Of a DNA stretch of 64,000 nucleotides, positions 33,021 to 43,338 are shown in pieces; within the stretch, counting starts at the first letter, position 1, and each line of letters begins with the position of its first letter. A program made the translations under genes and the position numbers. Source of the DNA: an uncultured delta proteobacterium (GTDB lineage Bacteria > Desulfobacterota > Binatia > UBA9968); assembly GCA_963804165.1 (NCBI GenBank), contig CAWDPO010000046.1:160001-224000 (forward strand). Direction: 5' to 3'. The notes under the pieces were generated by a model. It had not been told where the DNA came from. It made no database searches and was given only the letters and a program-made list of their open reading frames with translations.

Positions 33021-34247
33021 ATGTCGCTCTCTACGATTGAAGAAGGTATCGAGGAAATCCGCAACGGCCGGATGGTCATTCTGGTCGACGAAGATTCGCC
33101 GGACAGCGACGGTTTTTTCTGTCTCGCGGCCGAAAAGGTAACCGCCCAGAGCCTTAACTATTTACTACAACATGGGCGCGGCATTGTTTATGTGACGCTG
33201 ATCGACGAGCGAATTCGCGAACTGGGAATTCCGATGATTGCGGAAGAGAACAGCCGATTGGCCGGTTTGCTTTGCGGCGCTTCCTTTTCGGTGAGACTGG
33301 AAGGCGTCCACGGAGTTTCAGCTCAGGGACGCGCGCATACAATCCAGGCAGCGATCGCGGATAGCACGAAGCACGAAGATCTCGTTATTCCCGGCCACGT
33401 GCAGCCGCTTCAGGCTCGCAGCGGCGGCGTGCTGGCGCGCTCGGGCCGCACCGATGCGTCGGTGGATTTGGCTCGCATGGCCGGCTTCAAGCCGGCAGGC
33501 GCCATTTGCCAAATTTTGGCCGACGATGGGTCGGTGGCGTTATTGCCGGCGCTCCAACGGCTGGCCCAACAAGAGGGACTTAAAATCGTCTCGGTGGCGG
33601 ACTTGATTGCTTATCGATTGCGCAACGAGAGCTTGGTTAAGCGCGTAGTTGAAGAAGAATTTCCGACGATTCACGGCGGCATGTATCGGGCGATTGTTTT
33701 TCGCAACGAGGTCGACGGCCTCGAACATATGGCGCTCGTTAAAGGCGATATCAGTCACGCCGAGCGGGTCTTAGTTCGGGTCCATTCCGAATGCCTGACC
33801 GGCGATGTGTTCGGCTCGGAACGTTGCGACTGCGGCGACCAGATCCGTCAATCGCTGCGGCTGATCGACGAGCAAGGCCGCGGGGTGCTCATTTATATGC
33901 ATCAGGAAGGCCGCGGTATCGGCCTGACCAACAAGATCAAAGCCTACGCGCTGCAGGACCAGGGGCGTGACACCGTCGAGGCGAATCTGGAGTTGGGATT
34001 CAAAGAAGATTTGCGCGACTACGGTATCGGCGCGCAGATCCTGCGCGAGCTCGGCGTGGAGAAAATTTCTTTGTTGACCAACAACCCGCGCAAAATCACG
34101 GGGCTGGAAGTTTATGGCGTGAAAGTCGTCGAGCGAGTGCCGCTGGAAGTTCAGCCGCGGGACACCAATATCCATTATCTGCGGACGAAACAAATCAAAC
34201 TCGGCCATTTATTGTCGAACCTCGAGGCCAAACCGGCTAAGCGCTAG
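33021..34247 (+). CDS. ribBA: RibBA fusion: degenerate DHBP synthase domain plus intact GTP cyclohydrolase II
   Basis: RVHSECLTGD, RCDC, QEGRGIG, RDYG intact; RibB catalytic motifs substituted. Confidence 0.92.
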   Translation: MSLSTIEEGIEEIRNGRMVILVDEDSPDSDGFFCLAAEKVTAQSLNYLLQHGRGIVYVTLIDERIRELGIPMIAEENSRLAGLLCGASFSVRLEGVHGVSAQGRAHTIQAAIADSTKHEDLVIPGHVQPLQARSGGVLARSGRTDASVDLARMAGFKPAGAICQILADDGSVALLPALQRLAQQEGLKIVSVADLIAYRLRNESLVKRVVEEEFPTIHGGMYRAIVFRNEVDGLEHMALVKGDISHAERVLVRVHSECLTGDVFGSERCDCGDQIRQSLRLIDEQGRGVLIYMHQEGRGIGLTNKIKAYALQDQGRDTVEANLELGFKEDLRDYGIGAQILRELGVEKISLLTNNPRKITGLEVYGVKVVERVPLEVQPRDTNIHYLRTKQIKLGHLLSNLEAKPAKR

Positions 34248-34269
34248 AAACTGTCCCCGGTGACGAGCC

Positions 34270-34737
34270 ATGCCCGAATCGATCGAAGGCAAGAAGAACG
34301 CGCAGGGACTTAAAGTCGGCATCGTGGTAAGCCGTTATAACCATTTCATCACGGAAAAACTTCTTGAGGGCGCTTTGGATGGATTTCAAAGCCACGGCGG
34401 AGAAGATAAAAATCTGACGATCGTGCGGGTCCCCGGCGCTTTTGAGATTCCCCTGGTCGCCGAGAAGATGGCCGCCAGCCGCCGCTACGACGCATTGGTG
34501 TGTTTAGGCGCCGTGATCCGCGGAGACACGCCGCATTTTGACTACGTTTGCGACGCGGTCACGCGGGGGATTGGCGATGCGGTCCGAACTTATAAGATTC
34601 CGATTGGTTTCGGTGTGCTGACCACTAACGACGTGCAACAGGCCATGGAGCGCGCGGGTGCGAAGGATGCCAATAAAGGCTATGAGGCCCTTTTGACCGT
34701 CGTCGAGATGATCGATGTCATTCGGCAGTTGTCGTAG
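34270..34737 (+). CDS. ribH: Lumazine synthase
   Basis: VPGAFEIP, LGAVIRGDTPHFDYV, FGVLT, NKG. Confidence 0.97.
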   Translation: MPESIEGKKNAQGLKVGIVVSRYNHFITEKLLEGALDGFQSHGGEDKNLTIVRVPGAFEIPLVAEKMAASRRYDALVCLGAVIRGDTPHFDYVCDAVTRGIGDAVRTYKIPIGFGVLTTNDVQQAMERAGAKDANKGYEALLTVVEMIDVIRQLS

Positions 34738-34816
34738 CGCTCCTTACGATTTCGCCGCACTTACTTCTGAGTTGCCATTGTCAGAGAATCAAGAAACTAT
34801 TTCGCCTGGCCATGCG

Positions 34817-35236
34817 GTGAAAGGCACGCGACGCAAGGGGCGTGAGCTGGCGCTCCAAGCGCTGTATCAAATCGAAATAACCGCTGATGCTTCGGTTGCA
34901 GCAGTAGAGCTGTTTTTGCAGCACTTTGAGGGCAACGCGCCAGCCAAGGAGTTTGCGCGCCGATTGGTTTCTGGAGTGGTAAGCCAGAGCGCGGAGATCG
35001 ACCGGCTGATAGAAAAATGCACGGAAAATTGGAAGCTCGCGCGCTTGGCGAAAGTGGATCTGGTGGTTTTGCGCATGGCGACCTACGAATTGGTCTTTTG
35101 TCCTGACATCCCTTCGCGCGTCAGCTTGGACGAGGCCATCGAAATCGGTAAACGTTTTGGCAGCGCCGAATCGGCCACATTCATCAACGGGGTTTTAGAT
35201 CACGTGGCGCAAGACAGCGGCGTAAAATCGCCATAA
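34817..35236 (+). CDS. nusB: Transcription antitermination factor NusB
   Basis: [31 protein letters not shown]. Confidence 0.95.
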   Translation: MKGTRRKGRELALQALYQIEITADASVAAVELFLQHFEGNAPAKEFARRLVSGVVSQSAEIDRLIEKCTENWKLARLAKVDLVVLRMATYELVFCPDIPSRVSLDEAIEIGKRFGSAESATFINGVLDHVAQDSGVKSP

Positions 35237-35246
35237 GCGGAAAGTT

Positions 35247-37844
35247 ATGGAAGAGCGCTACCAACCCAAAGCCATAGAAGAAAAATGGCAGTGCCTGTGG
35301 GAAAAAGACCAGGCATTTCATGTTACCCAGAACACAGGGAAGCCGAAATATTACGTCCTGGAGATGTTTCCTTATCCTTCCGGCCGCATTCACATGGGGC
35401 ACGTGCGCAATTACTCGATCGGTGATGTGATCGCGCGCTACAAGCGCATGCGTGGTTTCAACACGCTTCATCCCATGGGCTGGGACGCCTTCGGTTTGCC
35501 GGCGGAAAACGCGGCGATCGAGCGCGGCGTGCATCCCGAAGCATGGACGCGGGAAAATATTCTTTATATGAAGACCCAGCTCAAGCGCATGGGGCTTTCT
35601 TACGACTGGGATCGTGAGATTGCTACCTGCGAGCCTGACTACTATCGCTGGAATCAGTGGATCTTTCTGCAGTTTTTCAAGAAGGGACTGGCGTATAAAA
35701 AAAGTTCTTTTGTCAACTGGTGTCCGTCGTGCGAAACGGTCTTGGCCAACGAGCAGGTGATCGAAGGCGCGTGCTGGCGATGTGATTCGCCGGTCATGCA
35801 AAAGGAGCTCGAACAGTGGTTTCTCCGCATCACCGATTACGCTGAGGAATTGCTCCGCGATTTGGACAAACTGACCGGTTGGCCCGAGAAAGTGCTTACC
35901 ATGCAGCGCAACTGGATTGGTAAGTCGATCGGCGCCGAAATTGATTTTCCATTGGTCGGCCGCGCAGGGGCACTACGAATCTTTACGACACGTCCGGATA
36001 CGATTTACGGCGCGACGTTCGTTTCCCTCGCTGCTGAACATCCGTTGGCGGGCAAACTCTCCGCCGGCACGGCGCAGGAAGACACGGTCAGAGCATTTAT
36101 CGAGCGTTTCACAAGCGTCAGCCAGGCGAAGCGCGGAGCAGAAGAGGGAGAAAAGGAGGGCGTCTTCACGGGCTCCTACTGCCGAAATCCCTTTACCGGT
36201 GAAAACATTCCCATTTACTTGGCTAACTTTGTGCTCATGGAATACGGCACCGGTGCGGTCATGGCGGTGCCTGCGCACGACCAAAGGGATTTTGAATTCG
36301 CAAAAAAATATCAGCTGCCGATTCGCGTCGTGATCCAACCGCGCGATCAGTCGCTGGCCGCAGAGGATTTGACCGAGGCCTATGTCGACGAGGGCATAAT
36401 GGTCAATAGCGCCGGCTTTTCGGGCCTGGCGAATACGGAAGGAAAAGAACAGATCGCGGGTCACGCGGAGGAAAAAGGCTGGGGTAAGAAAGCGATTCGA
36501 TATCGCTTGCGCGATTGGGGTGTATCACGGCAGCGCTACTGGGGGACGCCGATCCCAATTATTTACTGCGATCAATGCAGCACAGTTGCTGTTCCGGAAG
36601 ATCAACTGCCGGTCATGCTTCCGAAGGATGTTCCGTTTACCGGAAAGGGCGGCTCGCCGCTCACCGAAAGCAAGCTTTTTTCACAAGTTGCCTGTCCGAA
36701 GTGCGGCGGCGCGGCGCGCCGCGAAACCGATACCATGGACACGTTTGTAGATTCGTCGTGGTATTTTTTGCGTTATACTTCGGCGAAATTCACCAAGGCG
36801 CCTTTCGACGCTGAAGAGGCGCGCTACTGGATGGCCGTGGATCAGTACATCGGTGGCGTCGAGCACGCCGTGCTGCACCTCCTTTATGCGCGCTTTTTTA
36901 CCAAGGCGTTGCGCGATTTGGGACTCGCGAAAGTCGATGAGCCGTTTACGAATCTATTGACCCAGGGGATGGTCTCCAAGGAGACTTATCGGTGCGTCGA
37001 GCATAACTGGCTGTTTCCCAGTGAACTGATAGGTCCTGAAAAAGATGGCTGGAAGTGCCCGCATTGTAATCGGCTGGTCGAAAAAGGTCGCGTCGAGAAA
37101 ATGTCCAAGTCGAAGAAAAATATAATCGACCCGGAAGATTTGGTCAATCTTTACGGCGCCGATACAGCGCGCTTGTTTACGCTCTTTGCCGCGCCGCCGG
37201 AAAAGGATCTCGAGTGGAGCGATCAGGGAGTCGAGGGCGCTTATCGTTTTCTATCCCGATTGTGGCGATTTGTTTATCAAAATAGGGGAGGTTGGGCGCC
37301 AATCTCGGCCAATGGCGGCGGCGGTGAAATTTCATCGGAGCAGCGCGATCTCCGGCGCATGATCCACCGGACCATTAAGAAGGTCACCGACGACATCGAC
37401 GGACGTTTCCATTTCAATACTGCGATTGCAGCGATCATGGAGTTGTTCAACGCTTTAAGCGCGGCGGCACAGGCCGAGCCCAAATCAGGCGCAGCTACGG
37501 CGCTCGTTAAAGAGGGCGTGAAGACGATGATCGTCTTGCTCGTGCCCTTCGTTCCCCATGTGGCCAACGAGCTGTGGGAAGAGATCGGAGAGGGAGATCG
37601 CTTGGATCAAGCTCCCTGGCCGAGCTATTCCGCGGCAGCGCTCGAGGAGGAAAAATTACTGATTGTCGTTCAAGTCAACGGCAAGGTACGGGGAAAAATC
37701 ACAGTCCCGGCGGATGTGAGTCAGGACTATATCGAAACCAATGCGTTGGCTGATCCCAAAGTAGTCGGTTTTTTGGACGGTAAAAATGTGCGGCGGGTGG
37801 TTTACGTGCCGCGTCGATTGGTTAACATTGTCGTGGAGGGTTAA
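35247..37844 (+). CDS. leuS: Leucine--tRNA ligase
   Basis: [25 protein letters not shown]. Confidence 0.98.
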   Translation: MEERYQPKAIEEKWQCLWEKDQAFHVTQNTGKPKYYVLEMFPYPSGRIHMGHVRNYSIGDVIARYKRMRGFNTLHPMGWDAFGLPAENAAIERGVHPEAWTRENILYMKTQLKRMGLSYDWDREIATCEPDYYRWNQWIFLQFFKKGLAYKKSSFVNWCPSCETVLANEQVIEGACWRCDSPVMQKELEQWFLRITDYAEELLRDLDKLTGWPEKVLTMQRNWIGKSIGAEIDFPLVGRAGALRIFTTRPDTIYGATFVSLAAEHPLAGKLSAGTAQEDTVRAFIERFTSVSQAKRGAEEGEKEGVFTGSYCRNPFTGENIPIYLANFVLMEYGTGAVMAVPAHDQRDFEFAKKYQLPIRVVIQPRDQSLAAEDLTEAYVDEGIMVNSAGFSGLANTEGKEQIAGHAEEKGWGKKAIRYRLRDWGVSRQRYWGTPIPIIYCDQCSTVAVPEDQLPVMLPKDVPFTGKGGSPLTESKLFSQVACPKCGGAARRETDTMDTFVDSSWYFLRYTSAKFTKAPFDAEEARYWMAVDQYIGGVEHAVLHLLYARFFTKALRDLGLAKVDEPFTNLLTQGMVSKETYRCVEHNWLFPSELIGPEKDGWKCPHCNRLVEKGRVEKMSKSKKNIIDPEDLVNLYGADTARLFTLFAAPPEKDLEWSDQGVEGAYRFLSRLWRFVYQNRGGWAPISANGGGGEISSEQRDLRRMIHRTIKKVTDDIDGRFHFNTAIAAIMELFNALSAAAQAEPKSGAATALVKEGVKTMIVLLVPFVPHVANELWEEIGEGDRLDQAPWPSYSAAALEEEKLLIVVQVNGKVRGKITVPADVSQDYIETNALADPKVVGFLDGKNVRRVVYVPRRLVNIVVEG

Positions 37845-37847
37845 ATC

Positions 37848-38459
37848 GTGCGACAGATTCGCTTGCTTTGGTGTTTTTCGGTTCTATCGATTGGGTTGGC
37901 GACTTTTGCGACGCTCGGCGGCTGCGGCTATCAATTTGTCGGAGAAAGCTCTTTGCTGCCCAAGGATGCCAAAACGATGTACGTGGAACCGTTCATTAAT
38001 CGCAGCCGCGATGTCGGAATTGAAAAGGAACTTACGACCGCGTTGCGGGGAGAATTCTACCGTCGCGGACAACTCAGGGTGGTCGAGGCCTCCGAGCAAG
38101 CCGATCTGATCCTCAGCGGCGTAATTCGCTCGTTGGATAGCAACGTTGCTACGGTGAACCGAGAAGATGAAGTACTCCAGTATGAGTCCGTGCTCATTTT
38201 GGACGTGACCCTGCGGCGCCGGGAGCCCAATGAAATCTTGTGGCGCGGCCAGGGGATGCGCCTCAACCAAGTGTACGGCGGTTCTCGCGCGGCGGTGGTG
38301 ACGACTTCTTCGGCGTTTCGGACAGGGACGTTGAACTCGCTAGACGTCCAGCGCATGACCGACATTCAATTGACCGAGGTTGAACGGAGAGCGATCAGAA
38401 ACCAGCTGATGGAGCAGTTCGCCAAGGAACTCCACCAGAGAGTAATAGAAATGTTTTAG
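37848..38459 (+). CDS. lptE: LPS assembly lipoprotein LptE family
   Basis: Lipobox LGGCGY; typical position after leuS. Confidence 0.8.
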   Translation: MRQIRLLWCFSVLSIGLATFATLGGCGYQFVGESSLLPKDAKTMYVEPFINRSRDVGIEKELTTALRGEFYRRGQLRVVEASEQADLILSGVIRSLDSNVATVNREDEVLQYESVLILDVTLRRREPNEILWRGQGMRLNQVYGGSRAAVVTTSSAFRTGTLNSLDVQRMTDIQLTEVERRAIRNQLMEQFAKELHQRVIEMF

Positions 38460-38496
38460 GCCGCTCTCGAGAAAATTGACCCACGCAGTGCCGGGT

Positions 38497-38769
38497 TTAG
38501 CTGGTGGCGGTCGGGGTTTGCGCCGAGCGGGAGAGGCGAGACAGCCAGCGTGACGCAGTATTTCTTTTTATAATTCCTTTGCTGACGGCTTTGCCGAGAG
38601 CGTGGTTGACGGCGCGGATTTGTGTCTGCGTGTCTTCGCGGTTGTTCGCTTCGATCGCCTGCCGCGTTTTTTTGATCAACGTCCGGAGTTTTGATTTTGT
38701 CTCGATGTTGCGCGCCCGTTTATTCAGGCTTTGACGGTGTCTTTTGATTGCTGACGGGTGAATGGCCAA
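38497..38769 (-). CDS. rpsT: 30S ribosomal protein S20
   Basis: HPSAIKRHRQS..RN..KS; KGIIKRNTASR. Confidence 0.95.
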   Translation of the reverse strand: MAIHPSAIKRHRQSLNKRARNIETKSKLRTLIKKTRQAIEANNREDTQTQIRAVNHALGKAVSKGIIKRNTASRWLSRLSRSAQTPTATS

Positions 38770-39656
38770 CGGTTTCCTCCAAGTAATGAGCTAGCGGACT
38801 TTTTACCATCGACGCTGTAAGGAGTCAACGCGGCGGTTTTGCGCCGATTTCATCACGGCGCCGTACACACTGTAATAGATCCTGGCTTAATTTTGTCGAT
38901 CTGCATTGCAGATTGTCACTGCGTTGATTACGCCCTAGCTCTGTATCGCCGCGCGGGACAAAATAATTCGCGTGGGACAAACGATGTCGTGTTACTTCTC
39001 GGTGAAAAGGCCGGCGATGGACTCCCGTTGATTCGGCGACACAGCGGAGTGGAGTCAGCAAATTCCCCATTTGACGGTTACTCTGCCGCTTTTCGTGTTT
39101 TTCAAGTTCATTTCCAAGTCATGGTAATTGAACGTTTTGATTCGCTTGGAATTTGAGCAATTCGCTAAGCTCCGCGACTTTTAGCCTCGCGCGCCACACT
39201 CCATCGCGGTTATCAACAAGTTATTAACATTTGATGTGCGTGGGTTGATTTATCCGCTTTCGGTGCGATACTTTGCAGATGAATAATATTTCATGAGATC
39301 GTGCGCGATCGAGCGATAAGGACACGGAGCGTGGCGAGAAATGTCCTCGTCTGCAATGCGTTAACCGCCAAGTTAGGCTTCGAATCATTGCTGGAGTAAT
39401 AGAAGAATTCTTCCGCTACGAGCTGGGCCGGTGATAACCTCATGTGCAAAGTTATTCGGTGCCGGTCGTGGTAATAAAATCCTACTCGTCGCGTGGCCCA
39501 TGGAGAATATCCGACCGTTCGTCAGCGGGCGAATACTTCCTCACGGACCCGGCGCTCAAGTGCCTGACATGCTTGAATCTTCAAATGACATGTGCGATAC
39601 AAAATGCTTAAGATGAAAATCTGTATAAGTGTGACGGGAAAGGAGGTGAACCAAGG

Positions 39657-39893
39657 ATGGGAAAAAAACTCGTATCGTTGTCAGCAGTCACCCTCTTCGC
39701 ATTTACTTTAACGTTTGTGGGCTGCGGTAAGAAGGAAGAACCAGCTCCGCCTCCACCTCCGCCAGCCCCAGCAGCGCCAGCAGAACCAGCGGCGCCACCA
39801 GCGGGTGATCAGAAAGCGGCTGAACCTATGAAGGATGCAGCACCGGCTCCTGATAAGGCGCCTGAGAAAAAAGACGAGGCGAAAACCAAGTAA
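39657..39893 (+). CDS. Small Pro/Ala/Lys-rich disordered lipoprotein
   Basis: AGGAGGT RBS; lipobox FVGC followed by GKKEEPAPPPPPPAPAAP. Confidence 0.75.
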   Translation: MGKKLVSLSAVTLFAFTLTFVGCGKKEEPAPPPPPPAPAAPAEPAAPPAGDQKAAEPMKDAAPAPDKAPEKKDEAKTK

Positions 39894-39930
39894 GGTCAGC
39901 TAACCTTCATTGCGGTTTTCGGCAACCGAG

Positions 39931-39964
39931 AAAAGGGGAAGGGATTGAAACCTTCCCCTTTTTT
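39931..39964 (+). terminator. Rho-independent terminator (possibly bidirectional)
   Basis: AAAAGGGGAAGG-loop-CCTTCCCCTTTT followed by T run. Confidence 0.85.
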
Positions 39965-39990
39965 GCAATTTCGGTCTGTGGTAGCGAGTC

Positions 39991-40719
39991 GTGGCGAGCG
40001 ATTCAAATATGACGCTCACGGAGCACTTGGAGGAGCTCCGCTGGAGTTTGCTTAAATCGGTTTTGGCCATCGTACTTGCCTCGGGCGTTTGCTATTTTTT
40101 TTCCGATTCGATTTTTAGTTTTGTCGTCGCGCCGCTTCGGCAAAACCTGAAAGCGGGCCAGAATCTGATCGGCACCAGTGTCACCGAAGCTTTTTTTGTT
40201 GAAATAAAGGTGGCTTTAGCGGCGGGGGTTCTGTTTTCTTGTCCATTTATATTCTATCAGATCTGGCGCTTCGTGGCTCCGGGTCTCACGGGCGGAGAAA
40301 AATCCTGGGTGGTCCCGTTTGTGTTGTGCGCCACTATTTTCTTCATTGGCGGAGTGTCTTTTTGTTACCGACTCGTCCTCCCGGTGGCGTTCAAATACTT
40401 TATCGAACAGTACGAAACCATGGGTGTGAGCCCGGCTATTCGGATCGGCGAATATTTTACTTTTTTCTTTCGCATGGTTTTTGCCTTTGGCGTCACCTTT
40501 GAGTTGCCGGTTTTTACTTTTTTTCTAGTCCGGATCGGCCTCTGGGATTATCGCTTTATGCTCAGATCGTTCCGCTACGCTATCGTAGTGATTTTTATCA
40601 TCGCCGCGATGTTGACGCCGACTCCCGACGTGATAAACCAAAGTCTTTTGGCCGGTCCGATGCTGTTTTTGTATATCCTGAGCATCGGGGTGGCCTATGT
40701 GTGGCGCAAGAAAGAATGA
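39991..40719 (+). CDS. tatC: Twin-arginine translocase subunit TatC
   Basis: MTLTEHLEELR, YQIWRFVAPGL, FELP, LTPTPD. Confidence 0.96.
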   Translation: MASDSNMTLTEHLEELRWSLLKSVLAIVLASGVCYFFSDSIFSFVVAPLRQNLKAGQNLIGTSVTEAFFVEIKVALAAGVLFSCPFIFYQIWRFVAPGLTGGEKSWVVPFVLCATIFFIGGVSFCYRLVLPVAFKYFIEQYETMGVSPAIRIGEYFTFFFRMVFAFGVTFELPVFTFFLVRIGLWDYRFMLRSFRYAIVVIFIIAAMLTPTPDVINQSLLAGPMLFLYILSIGVAYVWRKKE

Positions 40720-40752
40720 ATTTACGACCTGAATCAGGGATGAGGAGGAGTA

Positions 40753-42876
40753 ATGATCTCGTTTGTTATCGCGATTAGCTGTTTGTCGTTGGCCTTCGCG
40801 GTCTATTTGGCTCGCTGGGTGCTTCAGCGGGACATGGGAACGCAAAAGATGCAGGAGATTTCCAACGCGATCAAAGAGGGAGCCGAAGCATTTATGTCGC
40901 GGCAGAACCGAACGATCATTAGTTTGTCGGCAGCCTTGGCCGTGGTGATCTTTCTCCTCTATGCCTTTGTGCGCACGCCGAGCCCAGCCGATCCGGTACC
41001 ACCGGTGTGGATGGCTTTCTGGACGACACTATCGTTTGTCCTGGGCGCGGCCTGTTCAGTGGTCGCCGGCTACGTCGGTATGTGGGTATCCATTCGCTCC
41101 AATATCAGGACTGCGTCCGCGGTTCGTTCCAGTCTCAATGAGGGCCTTCAGATCGCGATGCGCGGCGGCGCGGTGTCCGGTTTGTTCGTCGTCGCCATGA
41201 GTCTATTGGGAGTCGGCGGCCTCTACGCGTTGCTTGAGTCTCTGGGCCACGATCCGCAAAAGATCCCCTTCACCATTGTCGGTTATGGATTCGGAGCTTC
41301 GTTTGTCGCGCTCTTCGCCCAGCTCGGTGGCGGCATTTACACAAAGGCCGCTGACGTCGGCGCCGACCTCGTCGGCAAAGTCGAGGCCGGCATCCCCGAG
41401 GACGATCCGCGTAATCCCGCGGTGATCGCCGACCTGGTCGGCGACAACGTCGGTGACTGCGCCGGCCGTGGCGCCGATTTGTTTGAATCCACCGCCGCCG
41501 AAAACATCGGCGCGATGATTCTCGGCGTCGGACTTTATCCTTACTTCGGAATCAAAGGGATCGTTTTCCCCTTGGTCGCCAGGGCCCTGGGGCTGATTGC
41601 ATCGATCGTCGGTATCATGATTGTCAAGACCGAGGAAAAGGGCGATGCCATGGCGGCTCTCAACCGCGGCTATTACGTGACGAGTATTCTCGCGATTGCC
41701 GGATTTTTCGTGACTTCCAAAATGCTGCTCGCGGTCGATGTGTCGAGGTATCCTGAAGCTGAGTCCGCGTGGATCTATTTCTTCCTCTGCGGCGTTGTCG
41801 GTATCCTGATGGCGCAGGCGTTCGTTTACATCACCCAGTATTATACTGAGTATAAATACCGGCCGGTCAAAGAAATCGCCGAAGCGTCTAAGACCGGCCC
41901 AGCCACTAACATTATTGCCGGCATCGCCGTCGGTCTCGAGTGTACTGCGATTCCGGTCTTGGTGATTTCCGTGGCCATCATCACCTCGTACTATCTAGGC
42001 CTGGCGAGCGGTGTGAAGAATGCCGGCCTGTTCGGCACGGCTGTGGCAACCATGGGTATGTTGGGCACCGCGGCGTATATCTTAGCTATGGATACTTTCG
42101 GTCCGATCACCGACAACGCCGGCGGTATCGTCGAGATGAGCGGCCAGCCGGAAGAGGTTCGTCAAAAAACCGATCGTCTCGATGCCGTCGGCAACACCAC
42201 CAAAGCTCTGACCAAAGGCTACGCCATTGGTTCAGCGGCGCTGGCGGCGTTCTTATTGTTTTCGGCTTACCTCGACGAAGTCGCTCACTACGGCCACCCG
42301 TTAGAAGTTGTCAACATCGCCAAGCCGGAGGTGTTTGTTGGCGGGTTGCTTGGCGCGATGCTGGTTTTTCTGTTCTCGTCTTTCGCGATTCGCGCGGTCG
42401 GTAAAGCCGCTTATTATGTTATCAACGAGGTGCGCAGGCAGTTCAAAGAGAATCCCGGCATTCTCCTAGGTACGGTGAAACCAGATTACCGCCGCTGCGT
42501 CGATATCGTCACTGTCGGTGCGCTCAAGCAGATGATCGTTCCCGGTGTTCTCGCGGTCATCATGCCTGTAGCCGTCGGTCTCGTCTTCCGTATGTTCGGT
42601 ATTGGTGCGGAGGCGGTGGCGGCTTTCCTGATGGTGGGCACGATCGCTGGAATCCTGATGGCGACTTTCTTCAATAACAGTGGCGGTGCCTGGGATAATG
42701 CGAAGAAGTTCATCGAGAGCGGGCAGTACGGCGGCAAGGGTTCCGATGCTCACAAGGCCGCGGTCGTCGGCGATACCTTGGGCGATCCGTTCAAAGACAC
42801 CGCTGGTCCGAGCTTGCACGTCTTGATCAAGCTGTTGGCCACGATCACGCTGGTCCTGGCGCCGTTGTTCGTTTGA
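40753..42876 (+). CDS. hppA: Membrane H+-translocating pyrophosphatase, predicted K+-independent
   Basis: GGGIYTKAADVGADLVGKVE, EDDPRN, DNAGG, GNTTKA, GDPFKDT. Confidence 0.95.
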   Translation: MISFVIAISCLSLAFAVYLARWVLQRDMGTQKMQEISNAIKEGAEAFMSRQNRTIISLSAALAVVIFLLYAFVRTPSPADPVPPVWMAFWTTLSFVLGAACSVVAGYVGMWVSIRSNIRTASAVRSSLNEGLQIAMRGGAVSGLFVVAMSLLGVGGLYALLESLGHDPQKIPFTIVGYGFGASFVALFAQLGGGIYTKAADVGADLVGKVEAGIPEDDPRNPAVIADLVGDNVGDCAGRGADLFESTAAENIGAMILGVGLYPYFGIKGIVFPLVARALGLIASIVGIMIVKTEEKGDAMAALNRGYYVTSILAIAGFFVTSKMLLAVDVSRYPEAESAWIYFFLCGVVGILMAQAFVYITQYYTEYKYRPVKEIAEASKTGPATNIIAGIAVGLECTAIPVLVISVAIITSYYLGLASGVKNAGLFGTAVATMGMLGTAAYILAMDTFGPITDNAGGIVEMSGQPEEVRQKTDRLDAVGNTTKALTKGYAIGSAALAAFLLFSAYLDEVAHYGHPLEVVNIAKPEVFVGGLLGAMLVFLFSSFAIRAVGKAAYYVINEVRRQFKENPGILLGTVKPDYRRCVDIVTVGALKQMIVPGVLAVIMPVAVGLVFRMFGIGAEAVAAFLMVGTIAGILMATFFNNSGGAWDNAKKFIESGQYGGKGSDAHKAAVVGDTLGDPFKDTAGPSLHVLIKLLATITLVLAPLFV

Positions 42877-42976
42877 TTGCGATTCGTCGACTGGGAGGGC
42901 TTCTCCACCCGGAGGGGCCTTCGCATTTTCCCGCAAGAAATTTTGTGCTAAAAAATTAGGCCGCTGCCCCGCTCCC

Positions 42977-43016
42977 CGCCCGGATGGTGGAATAGGTAGA
43001 CACAAGGGACTTAAAA
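42977..43016 (+). repeat. attL: 40-bp direct repeat equal to the 5' half of tRNA-Leu(UAA)
   Basis: CGCCCGGATGGTGGAATAGGTAGACACAAGGGACTTAAAA is identical to 60760-60799. Confidence 0.95.
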
Positions 43017-43051
43017 ACCGAACCTCCGGCAAAAATCAAAATTTCAGTGAG

Positions 43052-43084
43052 ACGGGGAGTTAAGCCAACTCCCCGTTTTTATTT
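43052..43084 (+). terminator. Rho-independent terminator just inside attL
   Basis: ACGGGGAGTT-AAGCC-AACTCCCCGT then TTTTATTT. Confidence 0.85.
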
Positions 43085-43185
43085 GTCCTTTCGGCTTCTG
43101 TTCTAACTGTCTGTTTGTTCACATTGTCCAGAAAGTGCTATAAAGGGCGTCTCCGTATGACGTTGTAACATGGGGAACAGGTGAA

Positions 43186-43338
43186 ATGGCCGAGGCTGAT
43201 CAAAAGGCTGATCTCGACTCGATAAACGCCAAGATGGATAAGAACTCGCGCCGGGAGGAGTTGATCAGAGAGCTATCCGATCTCCATGATCTGGCGGAGG
43301 CGCTGGAAGAAACAGCGGCGAGAATAAAAAAAGGCTGA
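43186..43338 (+). CDS. Small helical hypothetical protein (50 aa)
   Basis: Manual translation MAEADQKADLDSINAKMDKNSRREELIRELSDLHDLAEALEETAARIKKG; AGGTG upstream. Confidence 0.4.
   Translation: MAEADQKADLDSINAKMDKNSRREELIRELSDLHDLAEALEETAARIKKG

Noticed and set aside
42978-43016. A second complete tRNA-Leu gene
   Set aside because: It lacks the 3' anticodon stem, variable arm, T arm and CCA; it is attL.
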